NCBI GenBank assembly: GCA_023301505.1
Contig: JALZUP010000093.1
Coordinates: 8,008 to 72,007 of the forward strand
Source: Robiginitomaculum sp.
GTDB taxonomy: Bacteria; Pseudomonadota; Alphaproteobacteria; Caulobacterales; Maricaulaceae
Direction: 5' to 3'
Length of the DNA: 64,000 nt
Part shown: in pieces, positions 18,298-28,133 of the stretch
How positions within the stretch are numbered: position 1 is the stretch's first letter
Layout of the letters: every line of letters begins with the position of its first letter
Position numbers and translations under genes: made by a program
The notes under the pieces: model-generated
Databases searched by the model: none
What the model was told of the DNA's origin: nothing
What the model saw: the letters and a program-made list of their open reading frames with translations, nothing else

Positions 18298-18714
18298 ATG
18301 CTAGATAGTCTTTATAATGATGAAATTTTGGGCCTTGCGGCCAGCTTGCGCCATGAGCGCTTAGAGCAGCCTTGCGCGAGCGCGCGCAAGGTTTCCAAGC
18401 TTTGCGGAAGCGAGCTAGAGCTTGACGTGCAGATGGATGGGGGGCGCGTCACATCTTGTGCTTTGCGGGTTCAGGCCTGCGCGCTGGGCCAAGCTAGCGC
18501 GGCAATATTGCAGCAAAATATTATCGGCGCGAGCCTAGCTGAGATAAGCCATGCGCGAGATGGGCTTTACGCCATGCTGAAAAAGGGCGAGAGCGCGCCT
18601 GATGGGCGCTTCGAAAAATTGTCTTTACTGGCGGGCGTTACAGATTATCCCGCGCGCCATACCTCCACTTTATTAGCCTTTGACGCCGCGCTGGAGGCCG
18701 TTCAGGCCTGCTAG
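18298..18714 (+). CDS. NifU-N/IscU-like Fe-S cluster scaffold-family protein
   Basis: LYNDEILGLA, KLCGSELELDV, VQACALGQASAAIL. Confidence 0.65.
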   Translation: MLDSLYNDEILGLAASLRHERLEQPCASARKVSKLCGSELELDVQMDGGRVTSCALRVQACALGQASAAILQQNIIGASLAEISHARDGLYAMLKKGESAPDGRFEKLSLLAGVTDYPARHTSTLLAFDAALEAVQAC

Positions 18715-18767
18715 TTTCTTGCTAATCTCTTGGCTAGTCTTCCTGCAGCCTAGTGGAGCCGCCCTAG
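18710..18767. repeat. Degenerate 11-15 bp units, each carrying (G/C)CTA(G/A), starting at the stop of 18298..18714
   Basis: gctagtttctt | gctaatctcttg | gctagtcttcctgca | gcctagtggagccgc | cctag. Confidence 0.55.
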
Positions 18768-18803
18768 GAGGGGCTTGCTTGTAGCGTCTGGGCGGTTAAG
18801 CTA

Positions 18804-19139
18804 ATGGGTATTATGTCAAAATCTACGCGCAAAGCTCTTAGCGCCTATCCCGCTCTGGCGCTTTTATATGGCTATAAATATACGCTCTCCCCATTATTTC
18901 ATATGCTGGGCGTGCGGTGCCGCTATGACCCAGGGTGTAGTTCTTACTCGGTTGAGGCAATTTCGAAACATGGTCTGTGGCGCGGGGGGTGGATGACGCT
19001 TGCGCGGCTCTCGCGCTGTCATCCTATTAAAGCTTTAGGGGCCTCATCGGGCATTGATAATGTCCCCGAAAAGGTGCAAAAGGCGCCAATATGGGCGCCG
19101 TGGCGATATGGCCTTTGGCGACACAAACCTGACAAGTAA
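18804..19139 (+). CDS. yidD: Membrane protein insertion efficiency factor YidD
   Basis: YKYTLSPLF...CRYDPGCSSYSVEAI.KHG...G.W...RL.RCHP. Confidence 0.8.
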   Translation: MGIMSKSTRKALSAYPALALLYGYKYTLSPLFHMLGVRCRYDPGCSSYSVEAISKHGLWRGGWMTLARLSRCHPIKALGASSGIDNVPEKVQKAPIWAPWRYGLWRHKPDK

Positions 19140-19152
19140 ATAGAGATTAAAC

Positions 19153-21084
19153 ATGGTCACTTTAACATTTCCAGATGGCGCAACACGGCAATATGACGCC
19201 GGAGCTACGCCATTGACTGTGGCCAAATCTATCAGTTCAGGTTTGGCTAAAAAAGTTTTGGCGGCCAAGATCAATGGCGAGCTACGTGATGCGGGCCGCG
19301 AGATTGAAACGGATGCGGCGATTGAGCTAATCACCGCGAAAGATCCTGAAGGCTTAGAGCTTATCCGTCATGACGCGGCTCATGTTTTAGCCGAAGCCGT
19401 GCAAGAGCTATTTCCCGGAACTCAGGTGACAATTGGCCCTGTTATTGAAAATGGCTTTTACTATGATTTTGCGCGCGAGGAGCCTTTTTCAGAAGAGGAC
19501 TTTGCCGCGATAGAAAAGAAGATGGCCTTTATCATTAACCGCAATGATAAATTTACCCGTGAGGTGTGGGCGCGCGATGAGGCGATTAAGCTGTTTAAAG
19601 ATATGGGCGAGACTTATAAGGCTGAGCTGATTTCTGATCTGCCTGAATCTGAGACCATCACTATTTATAAGCAGGGCAAATGGTATGATCTGTGCCGTGG
19701 CCCGCATTTGCCCTCCACAGGTAAAGTTGGCAAAGCCTTTAAGCTGATGAAAGTGGCTGGCGCCTATTGGCGCGGAGACAGCAAGAATGCTCAGCTCCAA
19801 CGCATTTACGGCACGGCTTGGGCCACCCAAGAGGAACTGGACGCCCATCTTAAGCAGATTGAAGAAGCCGAAGCGCGCGATCATCGCCGCCTTGGCCGTC
19901 AGCTGGATTTGTTCCATTTCCAAGAAGAAGCGCAAGGCCAAGCTTTCTGGCATCCTCAAGGCTGGACGCTTTATCAAACTTTGCAGCAATATATGCAGCG
20001 CCGTCAGCGCGAGTTTGGCTATCAAGAAATTAAAACGCCCATGCTTATGGACCGTAAATTTTGGGAAGCTTCGGGCCATTGGGATAAATATCGCGAAAAT
20101 ATGTTTGTCGCAGAAATCGCAGAAGAGGACAAAGTTCTCTCGTTAAAGCCGATGAATTGTCCGTGCCATATTCAGGTCTTTAATCATGGCCAAAAAAGCT
20201 ATCGCGATTTGCCATTACGGCTGGCTGAATTTGGAAGCTGTCATCGCTATGAGCCTTCTGGGGCGCTGCATGGCTTAATGCGGGTGCGCTCTTTCGTGCA
20301 AGATGATGGCCATATTTTTTGCCGTGATGACCAAATTACCGATGAGGTGAAAGCCTTTACCGATATGCTCAAATCCGTCTATGCGGATTTAGGCTTTGAT
20401 GATGTGATGGTGAAATTTTCAACGCGCCCTGAAACGCGCGTCGGCTCTGATGAGGTCTGGGATAAGGCCGAAGCCGCGCTTGAGGAGGCCGCTAAAGCCT
20501 CTGGGCTAGATGTTGAGCTTAATGAAGGGGACGGGGCATTTTACGGGCCTAAGCTGGACTTTGTGCTCAAAGATGCCATTGGCCGTGAATGGCAGGCGGG
20601 CACGATTCAGGCAGATTTTAATCTTCCCGAACGGCTCAAAGCCAGCTTTGTTGGAGATGATGATAAACGCCACACGCCCGTTATGTTGCACCGCGCGGTG
20701 CTTGGCAGTTTTGAGCGCTTCCTTGGTATTTTAATTGAAAATTATGCGGGCAAATTTCCGCTCTGGCTCTCCCCGACTCAAGTGGTTGTCGCAACCATTA
20801 CCTCTGAGGCCAATGATTACGCGCATGAGGTTGTCGAAAAATTACGCAGCGCAGGTATTCGCGCCGATTTGGATATTCGTAATGAAAAGATCAATTATAA
20901 AATCCGCGAATTATCCGCCGATAAGAAAATTCCAATCATTGCTGTTGTTGGCAAGCGCGAAGCCGAAGAGGGCAAATTGGCGCTTAGGCGGTTAGGGAGT
21001 CAGGGCCAGACCATTGTGAGCTTAGATGACGCTATTGCGGCCTTTAATATTGAAGCCACGCCGCCAGATTTAAGACGCGCTTAA
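19153..21084 (+). CDS. thrS: Threonine--tRNA ligase
   Basis: Full-length 643 aa with a TGS domain, the editing-domain HDAAHV motif, class II motifs (FRDLPLR-like [25 protein letters not shown]) and an anticodon-binding domain. Confidence 0.95.
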   Translation: MVTLTFPDGATRQYDAGATPLTVAKSISSGLAKKVLAAKINGELRDAGREIETDAAIELITAKDPEGLELIRHDAAHVLAEAVQELFPGTQVTIGPVIENGFYYDFAREEPFSEEDFAAIEKKMAFIINRNDKFTREVWARDEAIKLFKDMGETYKAELISDLPESETITIYKQGKWYDLCRGPHLPSTGKVGKAFKLMKVAGAYWRGDSKNAQLQRIYGTAWATQEELDAHLKQIEEAEARDHRRLGRQLDLFHFQEEAQGQAFWHPQGWTLYQTLQQYMQRRQREFGYQEIKTPMLMDRKFWEASGHWDKYRENMFVAEIAEEDKVLSLKPMNCPCHIQVFNHGQKSYRDLPLRLAEFGSCHRYEPSGALHGLMRVRSFVQDDGHIFCRDDQITDEVKAFTDMLKSVYADLGFDDVMVKFSTRPETRVGSDEVWDKAEAALEEAAKASGLDVELNEGDGAFYGPKLDFVLKDAIGREWQAGTIQADFNLPERLKASFVGDDDKRHTPVMLHRAVLGSFERFLGILIENYAGKFPLWLSPTQVVVATITSEANDYAHEVVEKLRSAGIRADLDIRNEKINYKIRELSADKKIPIIAVVGKREAEEGKLALRRLGSQGQTIVSLDDAIAAFNIEATPPDLRRA

Positions 21085-21126
21085 CGGCTTTATTTGAAAA
21101 ATCTATAAGGCTGGGACGAAATATAA

Positions 21127-22578
21127 ATGACGCGCATGCCAGAAATATTACAGCCATTATCTGGTGCTCCCCAGGGCGAGGATATTTGTGTGGATCAGCT
21201 TTTAGAAGATGGCGCGCGTGCCTTATTGGCCGCCGCGCCAAGCTTGCCCTCTCAGGCTGATCTTATCCAAGAGCTAAATGATGCCAAACAGGCTCAGGCG
21301 CGCGGCTATTATATGCCCGACGAAGATGAGCGCTTACGGCAAAGATATCACCGTTATTTGGCCGTGCGGGTGTCACTTTGGCAAATGATTAAAAGCCTGT
21401 TGCCAATTGTTGATGGCCAGATAAATGCCTCCCATGTCCAAAATTTGCGCGCTCAGGGCATCGCCTTTTGCGCCGCTGCTATGTTGGTGCGCACAGGAAC
21501 TTATTTGCTGGACATGGCACGCGGGCGCAATGTTGTCTGGGAAAAACTTGACGAGGCCGCGCCGCGTTTTGGTATAGAGCGCAAAACATTTACCGCTCTT
21601 TATAAGGGGCTCACCTCGCCGAAAATTATTGCCAAATATCATAAGAGCTGGCGGTTTTTTACGCGCTATGACATGGATATTTATCACGCTATGTCTGGCC
21701 CATTATTTGGCCCTGCTGGACAGCTTTTAAAAGATGAAGTGCCGCATTTAACGCCAGAGCTGTTTGGATGGGCGCGCCGGCGTCTGTCTTTTCGGGCCTT
21801 TAATTATCGCCGCCGCCATAAATCCGCGGCGCGTAAAACCCTCTTTAGCCTCTTTGAAGTATCAGGCTCGGCCATTGCGGAGCTAAAACAGCCCTTTATT
21901 AAACCTGTTGGCGCGCCCAAGCGGGTAAGCGCTCAGACATATCAGAAAGTCCTGAGCTTTTGTCAGCCTGGAGATGTGTTTGTTACGCGCCATGATGATG
22001 CCTTATCTAATGTCTTTTTGCCCGGATTTTGGCCTCATGCCGCGCTTTATATAGGTGATAATGAACAGCGCCGCGCGCTGGATATGCCTCTTATTGAGGG
22101 GGCGAAACATTATCACGCCGCGCGCGCTGTTTTTCTTGAAAGCAAGAAAGACGGCGTTTTGTTTCGGCCTATTGAAGACACATTAAAGCTGGATGCCTTT
22201 ATCATTTTGAGGCCAAAATTAACCCTGCCGCAACGCCGCCTCGCCATTAACAATGCAATGAGTCATGCGGGAAAACTGTATGATTTCTCTTTTGATTTTT
22301 CCAGCGCGGATCGGCTGGCCTGTACAGAACTGATTTATCGCAGCTATCATAAGACGGGCCCCATAGTGTTAAACCTAGAAGAAGTGGCGGGCCGCAAATG
22401 CCTCTCGGCAGAAGGGCTTATGGGCCAATTATTGCGCGCAGACTGGTTTGATATTGCCGCCAGTTTCGGTTTGGAGGGCGATGGCTGGCAAGAGGGCGCG
22501 CCCGCCCGCCGCGCCGTCTTGGCCAGCTTTGACAATGAACTTAAGGCCTCTTTGCAGGGTGAGCCGCCTAAGCCATGA
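21127..22578 (+). CDS. YiiX/YaeF-like permuted papain-fold (NlpC/P60 superfamily, C92) protein with an unrecognised ~280-aa N-terminal domain
   Basis: The C-terminal part reads GDVFVTRHDD..SNVFLPGFWPHAALYIG...FLESKKDGV...AFIILRP...GKLYDFSFDFSSADRLACTELIYRSY, with His before Cys as in the permuted arrangement. Confidence 0.55.
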   Translation: MTRMPEILQPLSGAPQGEDICVDQLLEDGARALLAAAPSLPSQADLIQELNDAKQAQARGYYMPDEDERLRQRYHRYLAVRVSLWQMIKSLLPIVDGQINASHVQNLRAQGIAFCAAAMLVRTGTYLLDMARGRNVVWEKLDEAAPRFGIERKTFTALYKGLTSPKIIAKYHKSWRFFTRYDMDIYHAMSGPLFGPAGQLLKDEVPHLTPELFGWARRRLSFRAFNYRRRHKSAARKTLFSLFEVSGSAIAELKQPFIKPVGAPKRVSAQTYQKVLSFCQPGDVFVTRHDDALSNVFLPGFWPHAALYIGDNEQRRALDMPLIEGAKHYHAARAVFLESKKDGVLFRPIEDTLKLDAFIILRPKLTLPQRRLAINNAMSHAGKLYDFSFDFSSADRLACTELIYRSYHKTGPIVLNLEEVAGRKCLSAEGLMGQLLRADWFDIAASFGLEGDGWQEGAPARRAVLASFDNELKASLQGEPPKP

Positions 22579-23207
22579 CGCAAATAGTACCCAAAGCTGA
22601 GCTGGCCCAGCTAAGCGCGGCGCAATTAGCGGACAAAGTGCGCGCCTGCACAATTTGTAAAGACTTACCGCTTGGGCCTGATCCGCTTTTTCAATATGGC
22701 GCGCAGGCCCCCATTCTTTTGGCGGGCCATGCGCCAGGGCGTAAAACTCATGTTGGGGGCCGCCCCTTTGCTGATGCCTCGGGCGTGCGTTTGCGCAGCT
22801 GGCTGGGTGTTAGCGCCGCGCAATTTTACGACCCCAATAAGTTTGCGATTTTGCCTATGGGTTTTTGTTATCCGGGGACACAGGAAAACGGGCGCGGGGA
22901 TCTCGCGCCGCGCCGCATTTGCGCGCAAAGCTGGCGCTCGGCTCTTTTAGAAAAAATGCCTCAGCTTGAACTGACATTATGTTTAGGAAAATATGCCCAA
23001 GATTGGCATGACCCTGTGCGGCCCAGACGCAATGTAACGCAGCGCGCCAAAGATTATAACGCCACGCTTGATGATATGGCTCCCGCGCAGGCTTTCTTGC
23101 CTCATCCCAGTCCGCGCAATAATTTATGGCTTGCTAAAAACCCATGGTTTGAGGCTGATCTTTTGCCTGTTTTGCGCAAGCGAATAGCCAAAATTTTATC
23201 ACATTGA
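22575..23207 (+). CDS. Uracil-DNA glycosylase superfamily protein (family not assignable)
   Basis: Motif A-like LLAGHAPGRK and motif B-like HPSPRNNLW. The ATGA overlap with the upstream gene suggests translational coupling. Confidence 0.7.
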   Translation: MTQIVPKAELAQLSAAQLADKVRACTICKDLPLGPDPLFQYGAQAPILLAGHAPGRKTHVGGRPFADASGVRLRSWLGVSAAQFYDPNKFAILPMGFCYPGTQENGRGDLAPRRICAQSWRSALLEKMPQLELTLCLGKYAQDWHDPVRPRRNVTQRAKDYNATLDDMAPAQAFLPHPSPRNNLWLAKNPWFEADLLPVLRKRIAKILSH

Positions 23208-23239
23208 GGAGAGTTTGAGTTTGGCTTGAGATTTGTCTT

Positions 23240-23275
23240 GAAGCTTGATCTGAAGCTTGATCTGAAGCTTGATCT
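23240..23275. repeat. Perfect 12-bp x3 tandem repeat (gaagcttgatct)
   Basis: It lies between the UDG-family stop (23207) and the CBS gene start. It is flanked by degenerate TTGA-containing units from 23204 to about 23290. Confidence 0.9.
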
Positions 23276-23363
23276 GAATTTGGGTCTGATGCTGGTTTCA
23301 TTGCTGAAATCTGTAATGTGTGCTATGAGAGACAGCATAAAAATAATAAATGGAGAAGAAATT

Positions 23364-23792
23364 ATGAGCGTGAAGGAAATTCTTGAGCGTAAGGGGCGCG
23401 ATGTTTACGCTGTGGAAAATACAGCGAAATTGCGTGAGGCTATCGAAGTGCTCAATGATAAAAATATTGGTGTGGTCTTAGTGACCGATGCTCAGGGTAA
23501 GCTAGATGGTATTTTATCCGAACGAGATATTGTCAGAAAATCTTTACGCCAAGAAAGCGGATTTAGGGATGAATGCGTCACAAAATCTATGACGTCCCGC
23601 GTCTTTACATTGCCCAGCTCGGCGAGCCTTGAGGATGTGATGGAGATCATGTCTGGCTCGAAAATTCGTCATGTTCCAATTGTGGATGATGGCGAGATTG
23701 CAGGGGTGGTGTCTATTGGCGATGTGGTTAAACGTAAAATCGCTGATGCCGAACAAGAGGCGGCTCATCTCCGAAGCTATATCTCCGCTTAA
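23364..23792 (+). CDS. CBS-pair domain protein
   Basis: Two CBS motifs (IGVVLVTD..GKLDGILSERDIV and IRHVPIVDDGEIAGVVSIGDVV). The start is ATG 23364 with GGAG upstream. The longer ORF from 23226 reads through the repeat and is unlikely. Confidence 0.8.
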   Translation: MSVKEILERKGRDVYAVENTAKLREAIEVLNDKNIGVVLVTDAQGKLDGILSERDIVRKSLRQESGFRDECVTKSMTSRVFTLPSSASLEDVMEIMSGSKIRHVPIVDDGEIAGVVSIGDVVKRKIADAEQEAAHLRSYISA

Positions 23793-23974
23793 GCTCATTA
23801 CAATATTATCAGTCTGCAGCTGCCCCATTAATAGTCTTTGACGCTATTGGGGGGCGCTTTTTCATGCCTGAAATTTCGCAAAGAGGCGGCGTAAATTTGC
23901 GTTAACCCCTTGCTAGTCTTTCCCATTTAGACTCTGTTAAGACTTGATTCGGCTTTGATGAGGAGGCACGTAAA

Positions 23975-24412
23975 ATGGGTATATTTACAGTGGTTCCGCT
24001 GATGAGCATTCCTGTCTTGGTTTATAATGTTATGGCCTTTAGTGGTCAGGCATTTGTGAGTGTGGATTTTGTACGCGCGCGGCTAGACGAGCAATTTATT
24101 ATTCTCCCTATGACATCTGGCGCGGGCTGGGAAATTAGCCCCGGCGATATGCTGATTTCAATGGCCTTGGTCATGCTGTTTTTCGAGCTTTTAAAGTCAA
24201 CAGGCACAGGGCGCGCGGCCGTGATAAATCATGCCTTTTCAATGCTTATTTTTATCTTGTGTTTGGTTGAGTTTTTACTGTTTGGCGCGTTTGCGACCTC
24301 AGTCTTTTTCCTGATCACACTTATGACGCTTTTAGACGTCATGGCTGGATTTATTGTTACGATTGCCTCGGCGCGTAGAGATTTTGGTGTAGAGGGTGGC
24401 TTTTCTGATTAA
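23975..24412 (+). CDS. Hypothetical integral membrane protein (about 4 TM)
   Basis: Hydrophobic profile and a GGAGG RBS upstream. I recognise no family. Confidence 0.5.
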   Translation: MGIFTVVPLMSIPVLVYNVMAFSGQAFVSVDFVRARLDEQFIILPMTSGAGWEISPGDMLISMALVMLFFELLKSTGTGRAAVINHAFSMLIFILCLVEFLLFGAFATSVFFLITLMTLLDVMAGFIVTIASARRDFGVEGGFSD

Positions 24413-24461
24413 TACACGCTTTAGGTGTAATTTGTTAAGCTTTGTGATTTAGTAAAGATGT

Positions 24462-26339
24462 GTGAAAATTTTGCGAGACATAGATAAAATACCCGCTAAC
24501 GCTAATTTAAAAATGCCTAAAAGCAAATCTGGGCATCCTCTAAAGAGCGAAGCAAAAAACGAAAACCAAGCGGCGGACAGTGTCTTGCTACAGGGTTTTT
24601 CTTTGCTTGATGCTGTGATGTTTGAATGGCGCGCCGGCGCATTGACATGGCGCGATATTGACCAAGCTGCCTTACTCTTAACCTCACGTCCTGACCAAGT
24701 CCCCGCTGAGCTTTCCGAATTATGTGCCCTTTTAACCCCAGAGGGGATACAGGCCCGCAAAGCGGCGCTGCGAGCGCTAACATGGGATGGGGCGAGCTAT
24801 AAGGTGGAATATCAAGTTCTACGTTTTGACGGGCAACGCATCTGGCTTGAAGAAAAAGGCAAACGCGTGGCGGGCGAGGGCAAAGAGGCAAGTCATATTA
24901 TTGGCGTTGTGCGCGACATTGATCTCCAAAAATCTACGGAGCAGCGCGCCGCTTATTTAGCCCATCATGATGAGGTAACAGGGCTTTGGAACAAGACGCG
25001 CCTGATTGAAGATTTGGCTCAGACTATTTCTGCTAGCGAGCGATATGGGCGTGAGGCGGCGTTTTTACAGTTGCAAATTACCAATCTTGACGATGTGAAT
25101 ATAGCCTATGGCTATGAGGCGGGTGATCGCCTGCTAGCGGGCGTGGCTGGGCGGCTTAAATCTAGCCTAAGGCTTCCTGATTTTGCCGCGCGTATTAGCG
25201 CCGATACATTTGGCGTGGCCATATGTGATTGCGGGGCGCAAGAAAAACAAAAATTGGGGGAGCCAAAATTGGAAGGACAAAGACAGGAGGGGCAAAATTT
25301 GGGGATGCAGACATTTGCTGCCCATATGTTGGCGCTCTTATCTGATAGGCCTTATGCCTCCCCTTTTGGCGATCTATATGGCCAATTTGCCATAGGATCT
25401 GTGAAAATTCCTACACAGGCGCGTCGTGCATATAGCGCGCTTCAATACTCGAAAATTGCTTTGGCCCATAGCCGCTTACCAGCGAGTGGTTCACAGACGC
25501 AGTTGGCAGGAGGCTTTGCCGCCTATGATCCAGATTTGCCGCCCCTTGATAAAACCCTGCCTCAATCACAGATGGGCGAAGCTGATATTTTAGACGCGCT
25601 GAATATGCGCCGCCTGACAATTGCGTTTCAGCCCATTGTCCATGCCGATACGCGCGAGCCGCATCATTATGAATGTTTATTGCGATTGCGCCGTGAGGAT
25701 GGCGAGCTTGTTCCCGCAGGTGAGTTTATCATGGCAGCGGAGCGTTTAAACCTTGTCCATTTACTGGATCGGCGCGCCTTAGAAATTGCGAGCCAGACGT
25801 TACGCAGCGTTCCTGATATTTCCCTTGCGCTTAATATTTCAGCCGTAACGGTTAAAAATGACATTGCGGCGGCGGATTATATTCGCGCCTTAAAAGCACT
25901 GGGCGCAGATACATCTCGCATCATTATTGAGCTGACTGAAACGGTCGCAATTGATGATCCGGCGCGAGCAAGTCAGTTTTCTAATGCGGCGCGGGCGCTG
26001 GGCTGCACCTTTGCGATTGATGATTTTGGCGCAGGTTACACAACCTTTCAAAATCTTATGGCCATTGAAGCAGATGAGATTAAAATTGACGGAAGTTTTA
26101 TTCGCGAGCTGTCAACAACGCCGCATAAGCAAACCTTTGTGCGCATGATTGTTGATCTAGCCCAAACGTTTTCGGTGAAGACCGTGGCAGAATTTGTCAA
26201 TACGCGTGAGGATGCCGATCTTTTAACGCGGCTAGGTGTGGATTATCTACAAGGCTATATGTTTGGCGTGCCTAGCGCCTCGCCTGATTGGCCAAGCCCC
26301 ACTCAAAGCGTAGATGATACGATAAGCGCGGCGCAATAA
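24462..26339 (+). CDS. PAS - degenerate GGDEF - EAL signalling protein (likely c-di-GMP phosphodiesterase)
   Basis: PAS-like YKVEYQVLRFDGQRIWLEEKG. The GGDEF position reads SADTF. EAL-domain motifs are ECLLRL, ELTE, DDFGAGY, IKIDGSFI and QGYMFG. Confidence 0.8.
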   Translation: MKILRDIDKIPANANLKMPKSKSGHPLKSEAKNENQAADSVLLQGFSLLDAVMFEWRAGALTWRDIDQAALLLTSRPDQVPAELSELCALLTPEGIQARKAALRALTWDGASYKVEYQVLRFDGQRIWLEEKGKRVAGEGKEASHIIGVVRDIDLQKSTEQRAAYLAHHDEVTGLWNKTRLIEDLAQTISASERYGREAAFLQLQITNLDDVNIAYGYEAGDRLLAGVAGRLKSSLRLPDFAARISADTFGVAICDCGAQEKQKLGEPKLEGQRQEGQNLGMQTFAAHMLALLSDRPYASPFGDLYGQFAIGSVKIPTQARRAYSALQYSKIALAHSRLPASGSQTQLAGGFAAYDPDLPPLDKTLPQSQMGEADILDALNMRRLTIAFQPIVHADTREPHHYECLLRLRREDGELVPAGEFIMAAERLNLVHLLDRRALEIASQTLRSVPDISLALNISAVTVKNDIAAADYIRALKALGADTSRIIIELTETVAIDDPARASQFSNAARALGCTFAIDDFGAGYTTFQNLMAIEADEIKIDGSFIRELSTTPHKQTFVRMIVDLAQTFSVKTVAEFVNTREDADLLTRLGVDYLQGYMFGVPSASPDWPSPTQSVDDTISAAQ

Positions 26340-26356
26340 GTTAGCCCGTACAGGCT

Positions 26357-27139
26357 CTAAAAATTATCTTTACGCCGCCTAATCTCGCCCAGCACCTGCG
26401 CGGCGGGCTCATCGGGCATATTTACGGCCGCGCGTAGCGGCGCGCTATCGGCGCGCATAAAGGGATTGGCCTTAAGCTCCGCGCCAATTGTTGTGGGCAC
26501 GGTGGGCTTTCCCTCATCTCGCAGCGCTTTTGCACGCTCCATATAGGCTAAAAGCTCTGGGTTTTCGCCGTCGACTGATAGAGCAAATTTTCCGTTAGAG
26601 AGCGTATATTCATGGGCGCAATAGACCTTGGTATCATGGGGTAATTTGGCAAATTTTTGCATGGCCTCCCACATCATTTCTGGCGTGCCTTCAAAAAGGC
26701 GCCCGCAGCCCAGCGCAAATAATGTATCGCCAACAAAGATCATATTTTGCTCTGTAAAATAATAGGCAATATGGCCCAGCGTATGGGCGGGCGTGTCAAA
26801 AATTTGCGCCTTATGCGCGCCCAGCATAGCTGTCTCGCCTTCGCCCAGCGCAATATCGAGGCCGGGAATACGCGCCGCTTCGGCCTTGGGGCCGATAATT
26901 GTCACGTCGCGCGCGGCTTTGATCGCGAGATTGCCGCCAACATGATCAAAGTGATGATGCGTGTTCCAAATATGAGTCAGCTCCCATCCTGCCAAATCGG
27001 CTTGGCGCATAATTTCATCTGCATCTGGGCTATCAATACTGGCGGTCTGGCCGCTTTGAGAATCATGAACAAGAAAGCCGTAATTGTCCGATAGGCAAGG
27101 AAATTGTTTGATCTGTAAATGAGTAGACATGTTTGGCAT
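26357..27139 (-). CDS. gloB: Hydroxyacylglutathione hydrolase (glyoxalase II)
   Basis: LSDNYGFLV, THHHFDHVGGN, PAHTLGHI, CAHEYT. The start is at 27139 or 27130. Confidence 0.85.
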   Translation of the reverse strand: MPNMSTHLQIKQFPCLSDNYGFLVHDSQSGQTASIDSPDADEIMRQADLAGWELTHIWNTHHHFDHVGGNLAIKAARDVTIIGPKAEAARIPGLDIALGEGETAMLGAHKAQIFDTPAHTLGHIAYYFTEQNMIFVGDTLFALGCGRLFEGTPEMMWEAMQKFAKLPHDTKVYCAHEYTLSNGKFALSVDGENPELLAYMERAKALRDEGKPTVPTTIGAELKANPFMRADSAPLRAAVNMPDEPAAQVLGEIRRRKDNF

Positions 27140-27307
27140 GAGGGTCTCTTTTTTGCAGTTAACTTGGCTCATAAATTTGCGCCCATAAGCTCTCTCTATA
27201 TACGGTGCAATATGTTATAAAGGCGATTAGGGTAAAGACTAATCAATATGTCTAAAATAGACTATTATTGGCGAAAACAGTCTTTAAAATGTTGGTCAAA
27301 ATATAAA

Positions 27308-28123
27308 ATGCGTCTGAGTGTTGTTCAGTTACAAGAATTTTACGCCTCGCCCATGGGCCGAACGGCGCTGCGCATGGTCAATCGCCGCTTGTCTAGCTTA
27401 TGGGCAGAGGATGTTACGGGCGCGGTTGATGATTTAGAGATTTTAGGCTTTGGCTATACGGGGCCTTATTTGGATGGTTATCGCGATAAGGCGCGCCGGC
27501 TTGTACTGGCTATGCCGGGCGGGCAGGGGGCGATGGTGACACAGAGCGCGCGCGGAAATATTGCCTGCCTCACCGAAGAGGCAAGCTTGCCATTTCCGCC
27601 CGCCAGTTTTGACCGTATCTTGATATCTCACGGGCTAGAGGATTGCCCAGATATACCCGCCTTAATGGCCGAGCTGTGGCGCATTATGAAACCTGAAGGC
27701 AGGCTGGTGATTATTACGGCCAACCGCTCTGGATTATGGGCGCAATCTGATAGCTCTCCTTTTGGTCATGGCCGTCCCTTTTCGCGCGGGCAATTATCGC
27801 GCCTTCTTAAAGAGGCGCGTTTCACGCCGCAGGCTTGGGCGGGAGCGGCTTATGTCCCGCCGCTTAAATTTATGATGAAACCGCGCAGTAGCCTTGTTTT
27901 TGAACGGTTTGGAGAGACAGTCTATCCGCGTTTTTCAGGACTAGTGCTTGTGCAAGCGCTCAAGCGGCTTTATGCCGATATAAACCCAGCCGAGGCTGAG
28001 CACGCGCGCACCCCGAAATTTGTTAAGGCTGCGGGCGTAGAGCCATCGACCAGAACATATGGCGCAGATTTGCGCTCAGACATAACCTCGCGGCCTACGC
28101 CGCAAAACAAGACAGAGCTATAA
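27308..28123 (+). CDS. Class I SAM-dependent methyltransferase (type 11 domain)
   Basis: ILGFGY.GPYL, FDRILISHGLE, MKPEGRLVI. It is divergent from gloB, as is common in Alphaproteobacteria. Confidence 0.65.
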   Translation: MRLSVVQLQEFYASPMGRTALRMVNRRLSSLWAEDVTGAVDDLEILGFGYTGPYLDGYRDKARRLVLAMPGGQGAMVTQSARGNIACLTEEASLPFPPASFDRILISHGLEDCPDIPALMAELWRIMKPEGRLVIITANRSGLWAQSDSSPFGHGRPFSRGQLSRLLKEARFTPQAWAGAAYVPPLKFMMKPRSSLVFERFGETVYPRFSGLVLVQALKRLYADINPAEAEHARTPKFVKAAGVEPSTRTYGADLRSDITSRPTPQNKTEL

Positions 28124-28133
28124 AGAAAACCTG

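Noticed and set aside
23226-23363. N-terminal extension of the CBS protein through the 12-bp repeat, (LKLD)n.
   Set aside because: It starts at TTG with no RBS, whereas ATG 23364 has GGAG at the proper spacing. That start gives a protein of about 142 aa, in line with stand-alone CBS-pair proteins.
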